NCBI GenBank assembly: GCA_905479655.1
Contig: CAJQNK010000005.1
Location: 9,544 to 73,543 of the forward strand
From: an uncultured bacterium
GTDB lineage: Bacteria; Acidobacteriota; Thermoanaerobaculia; Multivoradales; JAHEKO01
Reading direction: 5' to 3'
DNA: 64,000 bases
The translations under genes and the position numbers were made by a program. Below, in pieces: positions 17,576 through 32,085 of the stretch. Numbering within the stretch: the first letter of the stretch is position 1; the number at the start of each line of letters is the position of its first letter. The notes under the pieces were generated by a model, which saw nothing but the letters and a program-made list of their open reading frames with translations, searched no databases and was not told the DNA's origin.

Positions 17576-18391
17576 GTGGCGCCCGAGATCCGTCTGCTGC
17601 TCGTCGACGCACTGAACCTGGTTCGCCGCGTGTACGCGGCGCAGCCGGGGAGCCACGGTCCGGGGAGGGCGCTCGAGGGGCGGGAGTCCTCGGTCCGCTC
17701 CCTGAGCAGGGCGCTCGCCGAGTGCGCTCCGACCCACGTGGCGGCCGTCTTCGACGGTGACGGGAGCACCTGGCGGCACCGGCTCTTCCCGGGCTACAAG
17801 AGCGGCCGCAGGCCCATGCCCGAGGCCCTGAGGCAAGCGCTTCCCACCTATCGCGAGGCCTTCGCGGAGGTCGGCGTCGCCGGCCTCGAGCAGCCCGCCA
17901 CCGAGGCGGACGACGTGATCGCCACCCTGGCGGTCAAGGTCGCCGCGGCCGGCGGACGGGCGACGATCCTGGCGACCGACAAGGGGTATCTGCAGCTCCT
18001 CTCCGACGCGATCGCCGTGCGCGACCACTTCCGTCGGATGGACCTGGACGCCGCGGCCGTGCGGGAGCGCTTCGGCGTCGGGCCGGGGCGGCTTCTGGAC
18101 CTCCTCGCGCTCACCGGCGACAGCACGAGCTCCATCCCCGGCGTGCCGGGTGTCGGGGCCAAGACCGCGGCGAAGCTGCTCGAGACGCACGACTCCCTCG
18201 AGGCGGTGCTCGCCGCGGCGAACTCCTCGGGCGCCGGCGACCCCCGGGCGACCGGCGCGCTCCTGACGCCGAAGCTGGCCGAGAGGCTCGTCACCCACGC
18301 CGATTCGGCGCGCCTCGCCCGGCGTCTCGTCGAGCTCGAGACCGACCTCGAGCTCGGGGTGAATCTGCGGCAGCTCCGCTGGTCTCCCTGA
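17576..18391 (+). CDS. xni: 5-prime-3-prime exonuclease / flap endonuclease (Xni/ExoIX-like)
   Basis: LLVDALNLVRRVYAA marks the N-terminal 5-3 exo domain. GDSTSSIPGVPGVGAKTAAKLL marks the H3TH domain. The start is a GTG. Confidence 0.75.
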   Translation: MAPEIRLLLVDALNLVRRVYAAQPGSHGPGRALEGRESSVRSLSRALAECAPTHVAAVFDGDGSTWRHRLFPGYKSGRRPMPEALRQALPTYREAFAEVGVAGLEQPATEADDVIATLAVKVAAAGGRATILATDKGYLQLLSDAIAVRDHFRRMDLDAAAVRERFGVGPGRLLDLLALTGDSTSSIPGVPGVGAKTAAKLLETHDSLEAVLAAANSSGAGDPRATGALLTPKLAERLVTHADSARLARRLVELETDLELGVNLRQLRWSP

Positions 18392-18433
18392 GGGCGGGCG
18401 CAAATTCAGGACCTGTACCGGTCGGTCGGGCAG

Positions 18434-18613
18434 ATGATCACGGAGTCGGCCATCCAGATGGCCGGTACGGCGAGGGCGAGCGGCACCGGGGTCGAGGACG
18501 ACGCCTTCTCGGAGAACTTCCGATCCTACTTCGAGATGTTGGTCGCGATCGAGGGACAGCTCCTCGACTCCTACGACCGGGCACTCGAGATTCTGGACGA
18601 AGCCGCCCCCTGA
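18434..18613 (+). CDS. Small hypothetical ORF of 59 aa
   Basis: The ORF is in frame directly after the xni stop. No recognisable family was found. Its stop lies in a second copy of the CCCTGAGGGCGGGC motif. Confidence 0.2.
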   Translation: MITESAIQMAGTARASGTGVEDDAFSENFRSYFEMLVAIEGQLLDSYDRALEILDEAAP

Positions 18614-18699
18614 GGGCGGGCCGTGGCCGTCGCGGGGTGCGACCGCCACCCGATGTAACAGCTGGCGGCCCGAGTCGTAGTTAGTCCGGAGATCCCGCC

Positions 18700-20499
18700 A
18701 TGCCCAGCGCCCACGACCTGCTCCGCTCCCTCCGGCCGCTCCCGCTGTTCCTGGTGGCGGTCGTCCTGCTGCCACCCACGGTGGCCTCGGCGGCTCGCGA
18801 CCCGTCCCCCGGGTTCGTCGACCACAGCCTCGATCTGCCCGGCCTGCCGGCGGCCGTGATCCCGGCCGACATGGATCGGGACGGGCACCGGGACCTGGTC
18901 GTCCTGGTCGCCTTCACGGCCTGGGGGCAGACCGCCGAGACCGAGCAGGTGACCTTCGACGACATCGAGGGTCTGGTCGAGGTGATGAGCGTGGTCAACG
19001 CGCTGTTGGATCGTCGGGAGTTGCGGGTCTATCGCGGTCTCGAGGACGGCGGGTTCGCGGCGGAGCCGACCATCCTGGAGCTCGACACCTCGCTCCACGC
19101 GCTCCAGGCGGGGAGTCGCCGGGAGCCTCTTCTCGCGCTGACGGACGAGGGCGTCTCCGCGGTCCGGTGGTCGTGGCGCAACGGAGCGGGAGCGCTGGAC
19201 ATGGTGCCGTTGGCGGAGGTCGAGACCGCCTTTTCCGGTGGCGGCACGTTCTTCTCGGAGTTCGAGTTCGTCCACGACCTGGACGGCGACGGCGCTCCGG
19301 ACCTGTTGCTACCGACGGCGGACGGCTGGTCGGTCCTCCGCGGCGGAGCCGACGGCTTCGAGACCCCGCCGGCCGCGCTCGTCGCCCGCTACGTGCCACC
19401 GCCACCCGATCCGGAGGACGCGGAGGCTGGGGTCGGCCCGGGAAGCGAAGACGGGGAAAGCGAAGACGGGGTGAGCGACGCCGGGGTGAGCGACGAAGAG
19501 GCGGACGACGCGGGCGACGTGGAGAACGAGGAACCCGGGGAAGACGAAGAGGACCACCGGGCCCGACGGCCCCGGCAGCCCGCCGTCACCGACCTGAACG
19601 GCGATGGTCGGCCGGACCTCCTGGTCTTCGGTGGCCGCCACGCCCCCGTCGCCTACCTCAACCCGGGCGACCTCGCCTTCGCGAAGGCCGTCGAGCTGGA
19701 ACCGGCGGGCGCGGCCGGCAGGGACGAGGAGGTCGTCCACGTCGGCACGATCCGGGACGGCGGCCCGGTGTGGCTCGTGACGCAGACCGAGCTGGAGCCG
19801 GGCGACGACGCCGGCATGCGGGAGGAGATCGACCACGCGAAGAGGCCCCTCTTCGCCTACCGGTCCTATCCCCTGGGCCCGGATCTCTCGGTTGGCCCGG
19901 AGGACGAGGCGCGGGCCTTCCGGGCCATCGGCTACACGTTCCAGGGCAGCGACGGCGACGACGACGACGTGGACGTGAAGCTGCCCGGCGGGTTCCAGGA
20001 CCTGGACGGCGACGGGCATCTGGACCTGGTGGCCATCACCCTCGACTTCTCCCTCGTGCCCATGATCTTCCGGGCGCTGGTCATGGGACGGATCTCCCTG
20101 CGCATGGACTTCCACCCGTGGTGCCAGGAGGAGGACGGCAGCTTCCGGGAGGTCCGCGAGGTCGATCTCTCGGGCAAGTTCAAGCTCAACCTGCGCAACC
20201 TCCAGCTCAAGCACCTGTCGCAGTTCGCGGGCGACTTCGACGGCGACAGGCGGGCCGACTTCGTGCAACTGGGCCGGGGCCGGAAGGTGACGATCCACCA
20301 GGGCGAGGCGGGCTGCTCCTATCCCGAGCGGCCCAGCCGGAAGATCAAGCTGGCGCAGGAGCCGAAGCACCTCGGCCTGGTGCGCATCCTCGACCTGAAC
20401 GGGGACGACCGGTCGGACCTCTACGTGGTCCACCCGCTCCGCGACCGGGGATCCGGCGGGTCGATCCCGGTCCGCGTCGACCTCTACGTGAGCGAGTAG
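18700..20499 (+). CDS. Secreted FG-GAP (integrin-alpha-like beta-propeller) repeat protein
   Basis: It has a signal peptide. The DxDGDGxxD repeats include DLDGDGAPDLL, DLNGDGRPDLL, DLDGDGHLDLV, GDFDGDRRADF and DLNGDDRSDLY. An acidic low-complexity insert runs EDAEAGVGPGSEDGESEDGVSD...EEDH. Confidence 0.65.
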   Translation: MPSAHDLLRSLRPLPLFLVAVVLLPPTVASAARDPSPGFVDHSLDLPGLPAAVIPADMDRDGHRDLVVLVAFTAWGQTAETEQVTFDDIEGLVEVMSVVNALLDRRELRVYRGLEDGGFAAEPTILELDTSLHALQAGSRREPLLALTDEGVSAVRWSWRNGAGALDMVPLAEVETAFSGGGTFFSEFEFVHDLDGDGAPDLLLPTADGWSVLRGGADGFETPPAALVARYVPPPPDPEDAEAGVGPGSEDGESEDGVSDAGVSDEEADDAGDVENEEPGEDEEDHRARRPRQPAVTDLNGDGRPDLLVFGGRHAPVAYLNPGDLAFAKAVELEPAGAAGRDEEVVHVGTIRDGGPVWLVTQTELEPGDDAGMREEIDHAKRPLFAYRSYPLGPDLSVGPEDEARAFRAIGYTFQGSDGDDDDVDVKLPGGFQDLDGDGHLDLVAITLDFSLVPMIFRALVMGRISLRMDFHPWCQEEDGSFREVREVDLSGKFKLNLRNLQLKHLSQFAGDFDGDRRADFVQLGRGRKVTIHQGEAGCSYPERPSRKIKLAQEPKHLGLVRILDLNGDDRSDLYVVHPLRDRGSGGSIPVRVDLYVSE

Positions 20500-20838
20500 C
20501 CGCGGCTCCCGGCGGCGCGCGTTCCGAGCCCCCCTGTGCGCCCGGAGCCGCGACCTCGCGACTCCCCGCTACTCCGCGCCGGGCTCGGCCGGGCCGCGCT
20601 CGTGCACGTCCATGGTGCCGTACGGAGCCGGCGAGCCGATCGCCATAGCCGGGATCGTCGACGTCCTCGTAGCCGACCATGTCGAGGGCGGCGTCCATCG
20701 AGCCCACGACCTCGGCGACCCCGCCCTGGGCGGACACGGACCGAGGCGATGGACAAGTCAGGTGCTTCGGGTTAGTATTTGCAAGCGTGAACGGTATGGA
20801 CGTTTTTGGTCCACCCCGACAACCGTGAGAGCTCACTG

Positions 20839-22266
20839 ATGAGACCGAAATCCGGCTGCTTCCGAATCGCCACCGTTCTTCCCTGCATCCTGCTCGCGGC
20901 CTGCGGCGGTGATCGGGATCGCGACGTGGGTCTCGCGCCCGTCCCCCTCGTTGAGGCTGTCCAGACCCGGGTCGGCGCGCTACCCATCGAGGAGACCCTT
21001 CCGGGGGTCGTCCGCGCCCGCAACCAGGTGACGATCCGGCCCGAGATCGACGGCCGGGTCGTCGAGGTCCTGGTGCGCAGCGGCGAGGCCGTGAGAGCGG
21101 GCCAGGTCCTGGTGCGCCTGGACGAGACGGAGGCGCGGGAGCGGCTGCGCCAGGCGGAGGCGGACGTCCGTTTCGCGGAGGCCTCGGCGGTCGCTACCCG
21201 CGCCCGGGTGGCCGAGCTCGCGGCGCGGGTCGCCCGGCAGCGGGCCCTGGCCGAGCAGGAGCTGGTGAGCGCGCAGGATCTCGAGTCGCTGGAGGCCCAG
21301 CTCGACGCCCTGCGGGCCGGCGCCGACGAGGACGTGGCGCGGGTCGAGCAGGCGCGGGCGACGGCGGAGGAGCGGCGTTCGGCGCTGGGCAAGACGGAGG
21401 TGCGGGCCCCCGTCTCCGGGCGACTGGGCGAGCGGCGGGTCGAGGTCGGGATGCGGGTCGACCCGTCCGCGGTGCTGTTCCAGGTCGGCGACCTCGACGA
21501 GCTCATCGTGGAGCTGAACCTCACGGAGGCGATGCTGGCGCGGGTGGCGACGGGGCAGCCCGCCCTGCTCTCGAGCCGGGGCGACTCCGGGGAGCCCGTT
21601 CGTGCCGAGCTCTCCCGGATCTCTCCCTTCCTGGCGGAGCAGAGCTTCACCGCGGCCGGCGAGATCGACGTGGACAACCGGGGCGGACGGCTGCGGCCCG
21701 GGATGTTCGTCGACGTCAGGATCCTGGTCGGCGAGAGCCGGCGGGCCACGCTGGTGCCGGTGGGCGCCCTGTGGGATGACCCGCGGTCGGGTCGCCGGGG
21801 GGTCTTCGTCGTCGAGGAGGTCTCGGGTCTCGACGAGGCGCCCCGCGACACGACCGACAGCCCCGAGACGCCGCGGGCGGTGGCCTTCCGACGGGTGGAG
21901 ATCCTGGCCCAGGGACGGGGCGCCGCGGGAGTCACCGGGATCGACGAGGGCGACTGGGTCGTGACGGTCGGGCAGCAGCTCCTGGGCTCCGAGCTCCGGG
22001 CGGGCCGACAGGCGGCGGCCGAGGGGCAGGACCCGGCCGGCGACGGGGCGGTGTCGGCCCGCGTCCGGCCGGTCTCGTGGCAGCGGGTCCAGGCGCTCCA
22101 GGACCTGCAGAGCGAGGATCTTCTGGAGGGCTTCCTCGAGAAGCAGCGGCGGGTCGCCGAGGCGCTGGGCGCGGAGATCCCGGAGAGCGAGGACGAGGTG
22201 GACCGGGTGATGGAGGAGGCGTCGGCCGAGGCGTCGGACGGGGCGCCGCCTCCGGAGGGGGTCTGA
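20839..22266 (+). CDS. RND efflux periplasmic adaptor (membrane-fusion protein), lipoprotein
   Basis: The lipobox is ILLAAC. It has HlyD/AcrA-type coiled-coil and beta-barrel regions. The C-terminal acidic extension is unusually long. Confidence 0.8.
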   Translation: MRPKSGCFRIATVLPCILLAACGGDRDRDVGLAPVPLVEAVQTRVGALPIEETLPGVVRARNQVTIRPEIDGRVVEVLVRSGEAVRAGQVLVRLDETEARERLRQAEADVRFAEASAVATRARVAELAARVARQRALAEQELVSAQDLESLEAQLDALRAGADEDVARVEQARATAEERRSALGKTEVRAPVSGRLGERRVEVGMRVDPSAVLFQVGDLDELIVELNLTEAMLARVATGQPALLSSRGDSGEPVRAELSRISPFLAEQSFTAAGEIDVDNRGGRLRPGMFVDVRILVGESRRATLVPVGALWDDPRSGRRGVFVVEEVSGLDEAPRDTTDSPETPRAVAFRRVEILAQGRGAAGVTGIDEGDWVVTVGQQLLGSELRAGRQAAAEGQDPAGDGAVSARVRPVSWQRVQALQDLQSEDLLEGFLEKQRRVAEALGAEIPESEDEVDRVMEEASAEASDGAPPPEGV

Positions 22267-22267
22267 G

Positions 22268-25378
<3,111 letters not shown>

Positions 25379-25528
25379 GGCGGCGGCGCGAGAGCCGACC
25401 GATTCCCGGTCGCGGTGCTCGCCCTGGAGCTGGGAGCCGACATCCGTGCCGCGGTGGGCGACGTCTTCGTGCACGCCCACCGCACGGGGACGCCGCAGAA
25501 TCCGTCGGCTCTCAGCTCGGTCCGCGGG

Positions 25529-26785
25529 TCAGGAATCCACTCCGCCGGACCTCGCCGCCACGGCCTCCATCCGCCGCATCGCCCGCAGGGCGTTGCCCCC
25601 GGCGATCTTCAGGATCTCGTCGTCGGTGTAGCCGCGGCGCAGCAGCTCCGCGAACAGGTAGGGGTAGCGCGAGCAGTCCTCGAGCCCCTCGACCATCGAG
25701 TCGCCGCCGGCGTCGTAGTAGTCGCCACCGATCCCGATGTGCTCGATGCCGGCGATCTCGCGGATGTGGTCGATGTGGTCCGCGACGTCGGAGATGGTTC
25801 CCCGGGGAATGGGGTGGCTCTGGTCCCAGGCCTTCAGGTGCTTCCCGATCTCCTCCTCGTCGTCGAGCTCGGCTCGTAGCTCCTCGGCCTGGGCCTCTCG
25901 CCGCTCGAGCCAGGCCGGCGCCCCGGGAGCCACGAACATCGGGATGAAGTTGACCATCACGACGCCGCCGTTGGCCGGGAGCTGCGCCAGCACGTCGTCG
26001 GGGACGTTGCGCGGGTGGTCGGTGAGGGCCCGGGCGTTCGAGTGGGAGAAGATCACGGGGGCGCTCGAGACCCGGAGGGCGTCGCGCATGGTGTCGGCCG
26101 AGACATGGGAGAGGTCGACGAACATCCCGAGCCGGTTCATCTCCCGCACCACCCGCTCGCCGTGCTCGGTGAGCCCGCCGTGGAGGGGGAAGTCGGTGGC
26201 GGCGTCGGCCCAGTCGGTGGTGCGCCAGTGGGTGAGCGTCATGTAGCGCACGCCCAGCCCGTGGAGCATCCGCAGCGCCGCGAGCGACCCCTCGATCGCG
26301 TGCCCGCCCTCCACGCCGATCAGTGAGGCGATCTTCCCGTCGCGGTGAATGCGCTCGATGTCGTCCGCGGTGCGCGCCGGCTCGAGGTCGTCGTAGGCCG
26401 CCACCATCCGGTGGACGACGTCGATCTCGCGCAGCGCCTGGCGTAGCGACGTCCCTTCCTCCATGAAGTCGGTGGCGACATAGGCTGACCAGAACTGCGC
26501 TCCGACCCGGCCGTCCCGCAGCCGCGGGATGTCCGCCGGGTGGTCCGGCTGGACGACCGAGAGGTCGGTTCGCGCCAGATCCTCCGGGTCGTGGCTCCAG
26601 TCCGTCTCGGGCACGGCCCAAGCTCGCGAGAGGATCGAGCTCGGCAGGTCGTTGTGGCCGTCGACGAGCGGCGCCTGCTCGAGGAGCTCCCGAGCCCGCT
26701 CGAGCAGCGCCGGATCGGGCTCCGACGCCGCGAAGGCCGCGACCGGGAGGAGAAGAGCGAGGGCGAGGGTGGCTGGGCGGTGCAT
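25529..26785 (-). CDS. Membrane dipeptidase, peptidase family M19 (renal-dipeptidase-like), secreted
   Basis: The signal peptide is [28 protein letters not shown] is the M19 metal-site motif. A GAGGAGA ribosome-binding site lies upstream. The rest of the long ORF 25529-27940 is an alternative frame of ahcY. Confidence 0.85.
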   Translation of the reverse strand: MHRPATLALALLLPVAAFAASEPDPALLERARELLEQAPLVDGHNDLPSSILSRAWAVPETDWSHDPEDLARTDLSVVQPDHPADIPRLRDGRVGAQFWSAYVATDFMEEGTSLRQALREIDVVHRMVAAYDDLEPARTADDIERIHRDGKIASLIGVEGGHAIEGSLAALRMLHGLGVRYMTLTHWRTTDWADAATDFPLHGGLTEHGERVVREMNRLGMFVDLSHVSADTMRDALRVSSAPVIFSHSNARALTDHPRNVPDDVLAQLPANGGVVMVNFIPMFVAPGAPAWLERREAQAEELRAELDDEEEIGKHLKAWDQSHPIPRGTISDVADHIDHIREIAGIEHIGIGGDYYDAGGDSMVEGLEDCSRYPYLFAELLRRGYTDDEILKIAGGNALRAMRRMEAVAARSGGVDS

Positions 26786-26877
26786 GGGCGGTCTCCTCGT
26801 TGGCGTGGTTTCGCCGACAGCATAGTCCGCCTCGCTCCCGGCGCTCGCCGTCCCCGAGCGGCCCGATCCGGATGTCG

Positions 26878-28374
<1,497 letters not shown>

Positions 28375-28432
28375 CGTCTCTCTCCTCGAAGGCGGTGTCG
28401 CGCCGGGTGGTCGTTCGTCGGTTGCGGGGAAA

Positions 28433-29383
28433 TCAGTTCTCGGGGTCTCGATCGCGGGTGGCCGTGGCCACGAAGAGGGTCGGTCCTTCGGCCCGCGGGT
28501 CCGGTGGCAGGGGCGCCAGCCGCTCGATCGTGAAGCCGGCTCCCGACAGCAGCTCGGTCACCTGCCGCCGGGAGAAGCCGAGCCACAGGTGCCCCATCTC
28601 CCGGCGGAAGGCCTCCCGATCGTGGGGCAGCATGTCGACCAGCAGGAGCCGTCCGCCCGGTCGGACGGCGCGGGCCGCCTCGGCCAGGACCTCGGCGGGC
28701 TCGGCGATGTGATGCAGGGTCAGGATGAGGGTGGCGAGATCCAGCTCGTCGTCCGCGACGGGCAGCGCCTCGAGCTCGCCCCGACGCAGCTCCACGCGCG
28801 GGTCGTCGCCCAGGCGGTGCCGCGCGGCCTCGAGCATGGCCTCCGAGCCGTCGACGGCCACGACCTTCGCGACCCAGGGTGCGAGACGCCGGCTCAGGCG
28901 GCCGGTCCCGCATCCGAGGTCGCCGACCACGGCGCCCGCGGGCAGGAGCGCCAGGAGCGCGGCCTCGTCGAGCCGCTCGCCGAACAGGCGGGCCCGGAGC
29001 TCGTCCCACTCCCCGGCCGTCTCGGCGAAGAAGGCCTCGGAGCGACTGCGGCGCTCGGAGATCACACTCGCGCGGCGCAACCGGTCCTGGCGCCACGGGG
29101 CCTCGCCCGCGAGCTCGGTCCGGACGACGCCCCAGAGGGCCGCTGCCGAGGAGTCGAGGTCACCGTTGCGCGCCTCGTAGAGCCGGCTCGTGCCTTCCGA
29201 GCGCACGGCCAGCCAGCCGCCGTCCGCCAGGGTCTTCAGGTGCCGGCTGACCGTCGACTGGGGGAGCTGCAGCACCTGACACAGCTCCGATACGGTGAGC
29301 TCCTCCCCCTCCAGGACCCCGAGCACACGGCAGCGGGTGGGGTCGGCGAGGGTCTGGGTGTGGTCGAGAATCGGTGATGTCAT
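28433..29383 (-). CDS. ArsR/SmtB-family transcriptional regulator fused to a SAM-dependent methyltransferase domain
   Basis: The N-terminal winged HTH is [41 protein letters not shown]. The C-terminal methyltransferase motif is [12 protein letters not shown]. Confidence 0.75.
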   Translation of the reverse strand: MTSPILDHTQTLADPTRCRVLGVLEGEELTVSELCQVLQLPQSTVSRHLKTLADGGWLAVRSEGTSRLYEARNGDLDSSAAALWGVVRTELAGEAPWRQDRLRRASVISERRSRSEAFFAETAGEWDELRARLFGERLDEAALLALLPAGAVVGDLGCGTGRLSRRLAPWVAKVVAVDGSEAMLEAARHRLGDDPRVELRRGELEALPVADDELDLATLILTLHHIAEPAEVLAEAARAVRPGGRLLLVDMLPHDREAFRREMGHLWLGFSRRQVTELLSGAGFTIERLAPLPPDPRAEGPTLFVATATRDRDPEN

Positions 29384-29497
29384 CCTGGAGAATCCGTCAA
29401 TCCGGCTGAAAGGATACTATCGGTCGCGGCAGGGGTCAAGGCTCGCTGGACGGCGGGACGCCCGTGGTGCTCCGGGGTGGAGTAGGCTGGGGCCTCC

Positions 29498-29965
29498 ATG
29501 GATCTCGACCGGACCCACGACGTGCTGGCGGCTTTCGAGCGTGAACGGGTCCGCTACGTCATTTTCGGGGCCGTGGCGCTGAATCTCCAGGGCCTGGCCC
29601 GCGCCACCCAGGATCTGGACGTCTTCGTGGCTCCGGAACGGGAGAACATCGACCGACTGAGGGCCGCCCTGATGAGCGTGTTCGACGATCCTTCCCTCGA
29701 GGAGATCACCGCCGGGGACCTGCTCGGAGAGTACCCGGCCGTCCAGTACGTCCCTCCGGAGGGGGCCTTCCACGTCGATATCCTGACCCGGCTGGGGTCG
29801 GCCTGGCGATTCGAGGACCTGGATTCGGAGCGGGTCGACTTCGACGGTCTCGAAGTGAGTGTCGCGACACCGGAGACGCTCTACCGGATGAAGAAGGGCA
29901 CGGTGCGGTCGGTGGATCAGGGGGACGCGGAGCGCTTGCGGCTTCGCTTCGGGTTCGAGGAGTAG
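29498..29965 (+). CDS. Nucleotidyltransferase-fold protein (minimal NTase, DUF2204-like)
   Basis: The segment YVIFGAVALNLQGLARATQDLDVFV matches the GS...G..R.T.DxD pattern of minimal nucleotidyltransferases. Confidence 0.4.
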   Translation: MDLDRTHDVLAAFERERVRYVIFGAVALNLQGLARATQDLDVFVAPERENIDRLRAALMSVFDDPSLEEITAGDLLGEYPAVQYVPPEGAFHVDILTRLGSAWRFEDLDSERVDFDGLEVSVATPETLYRMKKGTVRSVDQGDAERLRLRFGFEE

Positions 29966-29968
29966 CCG

Positions 29969-30199
29969 ATGCCGGTGCGCAAGTTCCGCGACATATCCGA
30001 GATGGAAGGAAACACCTGGCACGAACCGGGCGACCCTCGGCTGTTCGCCGCGATTCGCGCGGTGTGGAGCCTGGCCGCCCGGATGACGAGGCCGCACTTC
30101 CCCCCGGGGGTCTACAAGCACCGCTCGATCGAGGAGGCCGACCGCCTCCGACAGGAGTGGGAGCGTGAGAACTTCGAGGCGTTTCGCGCCCGGCGGTAG
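29969..30199 (+). CDS. Small hypothetical protein of 76 aa, possibly co-operonic with the NTase-fold gene
   Basis: It starts 4 nt after the NTase stop. No recognisable family was found. Confidence 0.3.
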   Translation: MPVRKFRDISEMEGNTWHEPGDPRLFAAIRAVWSLAARMTRPHFPPGVYKHRSIEEADRLRQEWERENFEAFRARR

Positions 30200-30238
30200 G
30201 TTGGGTCGCTACCCTCGCGATCTCGTCGCAGTCGCGGC

Positions 30239-31045
30239 TCACGTCGTCGTCGAACGGGGGCGCCCCGGCAGCCGGCCGGGCAGGTCGACGACCGAGTCCA
30301 CGACGAGGCTCGGTGGCGGCACGAAGCGGGTCTCGTCGCCCGGTCGGTACTTGCCGGTGCGCACCAGGACGCTGAGTCCGACGCCCGCAGTGAGCGCCCC
30401 GGCGACGTCGAACTCGGCGTCGTCGCCGACCATGGCGAGCTCCGCCGGCCGGCAGCCGAGCTCCTCCGCGAGGGCTGAGAACAGCAGCGGCGACGGCTTG
30501 CCCAGGTTCTCCCAGGGGACGTCCGCCGCGTAGCCGAGGAAGGCGGCGACCGGGCCGAGATCGGTGAGCACCCGGCCGTCCCGGGTGTAGATGCGGTTCT
30601 GCTGCAGGGTGTAGAGGCGGGCGCCGGCGCGGAGTGCGACGACGGCTTCGCGCAGGTCGCCGATCCTCAGGTCGTGGGCCTCGCTCGCCACCAGGACCGA
30701 GCGGGCCTCCTCGGGTGGCGCGGGCTGGTACCAGCCGAGGTCGTCCATCGCGGTGGGGGCGGCCAGCAGCACGCCGGAGGCCTCGTCGCGGGAGGTCAGC
30801 ACCCGGCGGGCGAGCGCGGCCGGGGTGACGACCTCCTCGTCGGCGAGGGCGAAACCGACTCGTCGCAGGGACTCCGCGAGCCAGGAGCGGGTGCGGCTGG
30901 TGGTGTTGGTGACGAAGCGTATCGGCCGGTGGCGACGGAGCTCGGCGACGGCGGCCACGGCGCCGGGAAGCGCCTCCTGGCCGACCCCGCGGACGACGCA
31001 GCCGTCGATGTCGAGGAGCAGGGCGCGCGGGTCGAGCGGCGGCAT
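30239..31045 (-). CDS. HAD-superfamily hydrolase, subfamily IIA
   Basis: Motif I is LLLDIDGCVV. A C-terminal GDD motif is present. Confidence 0.7.
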   Translation of the reverse strand: MPPLDPRALLLDIDGCVVRGVGQEALPGAVAAVAELRRHRPIRFVTNTTSRTRSWLAESLRRVGFALADEEVVTPAALARRVLTSRDEASGVLLAAPTAMDDLGWYQPAPPEEARSVLVASEAHDLRIGDLREAVVALRAGARLYTLQQNRIYTRDGRVLTDLGPVAAFLGYAADVPWENLGKPSPLLFSALAEELGCRPAELAMVGDDAEFDVAGALTAGVGLSVLVRTGKYRPGDETRFVPPPSLVVDSVVDLPGRLPGRPRSTTT

Positions 31046-31143
31046 TCCCGCAGCCTATCGTCGTCGGATCGGTCCGCCACCCGGCTCTCCCCGGCGGACG
31101 CCGGATTCTGGAGCCCCGTCGACCTGCGCTATCGTCCGGAGTC

Positions 31144-32085
31144 GTGACGCCCCTCGTCCTCTCCTGTCGCGACCTCGTCCACCACTATGGGGACGTGGTC
31201 GCCGTCGACGGCCTCGACCTGGAGGTCGCCGGCGGCGAGTGCTTCGGCCTGCTCGGGCCCAACGGCGCCGGCAAGACGACGACGGTGGAGATCTTCGAGG
31301 GGCTCACCCGGCCCACGGCCGGCGAGGTGCGGGTCCTGGGCGAGCGTTGGGTGGGCGACGGCATCGCCCTGCGCTCCCGGCTCGGCATCCAGCTGCAGGA
31401 GACGCGCTTCCCGGAGAAGCTGAAGGTGGAGGAGGTGGTGGAGCTGTTCCGCAGCTTCTACGCCCGGGGCCTGGAGCCGGTGGAGGCGCTGGCCCAGGTC
31501 GCCCTGGTCGAGAAGCGCGGCGCCTACGTGCGGGCCCTCTCGGGCGGCCAGAAGCAGCGGCTGTCGCTCGCCTGCGCCCTGGTGGGCGACCCGGAGCTGC
31601 TGTTCCTCGACGAGCCCACCACCGGCCTCGACCCTTCGTCGCGACGCCGGATCTGGGAGATCGTCGAGGAGCTGAAGGCCCGGGGGCGGACCATCCTGCT
31701 CACCACCCACTACATGGAGGAGGCGGCGCGGCTGTGCGACCGCGTGGCGATCGTGGACCGGGGGCGGAAGCTGGCGGAGGGGACACCCTCCTCCCTGGTC
31801 GCGTCGCTGGGAGCCGAGCACGTCGTCGAGGTCGAGCTGGGCGACGGCGTCGTCGGTGCGGCGCGCCTGGCGGCCCTTCCCGGCGTCGAGGAGGTGCGCG
31901 AGGTCGAGGGAGCGTTCCGCCTGACCGTACGGGACGTCGCGCGCTCGGTGCCGCCGCTCCTGGCGCTCCTGGCGGAGGAGGGGGTGGAGGCGCGCCGCCT
32001 GGCGACCCACCACGCCACCCTGGAGGATGTGTTCCTGAACCTCTCGGGCCACTCGCTGGAGGGCGGTGGGGAGGGGGCGGCGTGA
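31144..32085 (+). CDS. ABC transporter ATP-binding protein (ABC-2 exporter type)
   Basis: Walker A is GLLGPNGAGKTTT. The ABC signature is LSGGQKQRL. Walker B is LLFLDEPTTGLD. Confidence 0.9.
   Translation: MTPLVLSCRDLVHHYGDVVAVDGLDLEVAGGECFGLLGPNGAGKTTTVEIFEGLTRPTAGEVRVLGERWVGDGIALRSRLGIQLQETRFPEKLKVEEVVELFRSFYARGLEPVEALAQVALVEKRGAYVRALSGGQKQRLSLACALVGDPELLFLDEPTTGLDPSSRRRIWEIVEELKARGRTILLTTHYMEEAARLCDRVAIVDRGRKLAEGTPSSLVASLGAEHVVEVELGDGVVGAARLAALPGVEEVREVEGAFRLTVRDVARSVPPLLALLAEEGVEARRLATHHATLEDVFLNLSGHSLEGGGEGAA

Noticed and set aside
13414-17612. Long N-terminal extensions of the standalone A-domain ORF (707 aa) and the HupE-like ORF (872 aa)
   Set aside because: The upstream parts of these ORFs are out-of-frame readings through the neighbouring genes. 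Starts were reassigned to GTG 14997 and to ATG 16211 or 16271.
19167-20648. A 493-aa arginine-rich ORF overlapping the FG-GAP gene, and a 374-aa antisense ORF at 19309-20433
   Set aside because: They have GC-frame-artefact composition (R/G/P runs). The FG-GAP frame has repeated DxDGDG motifs and a signal peptide.
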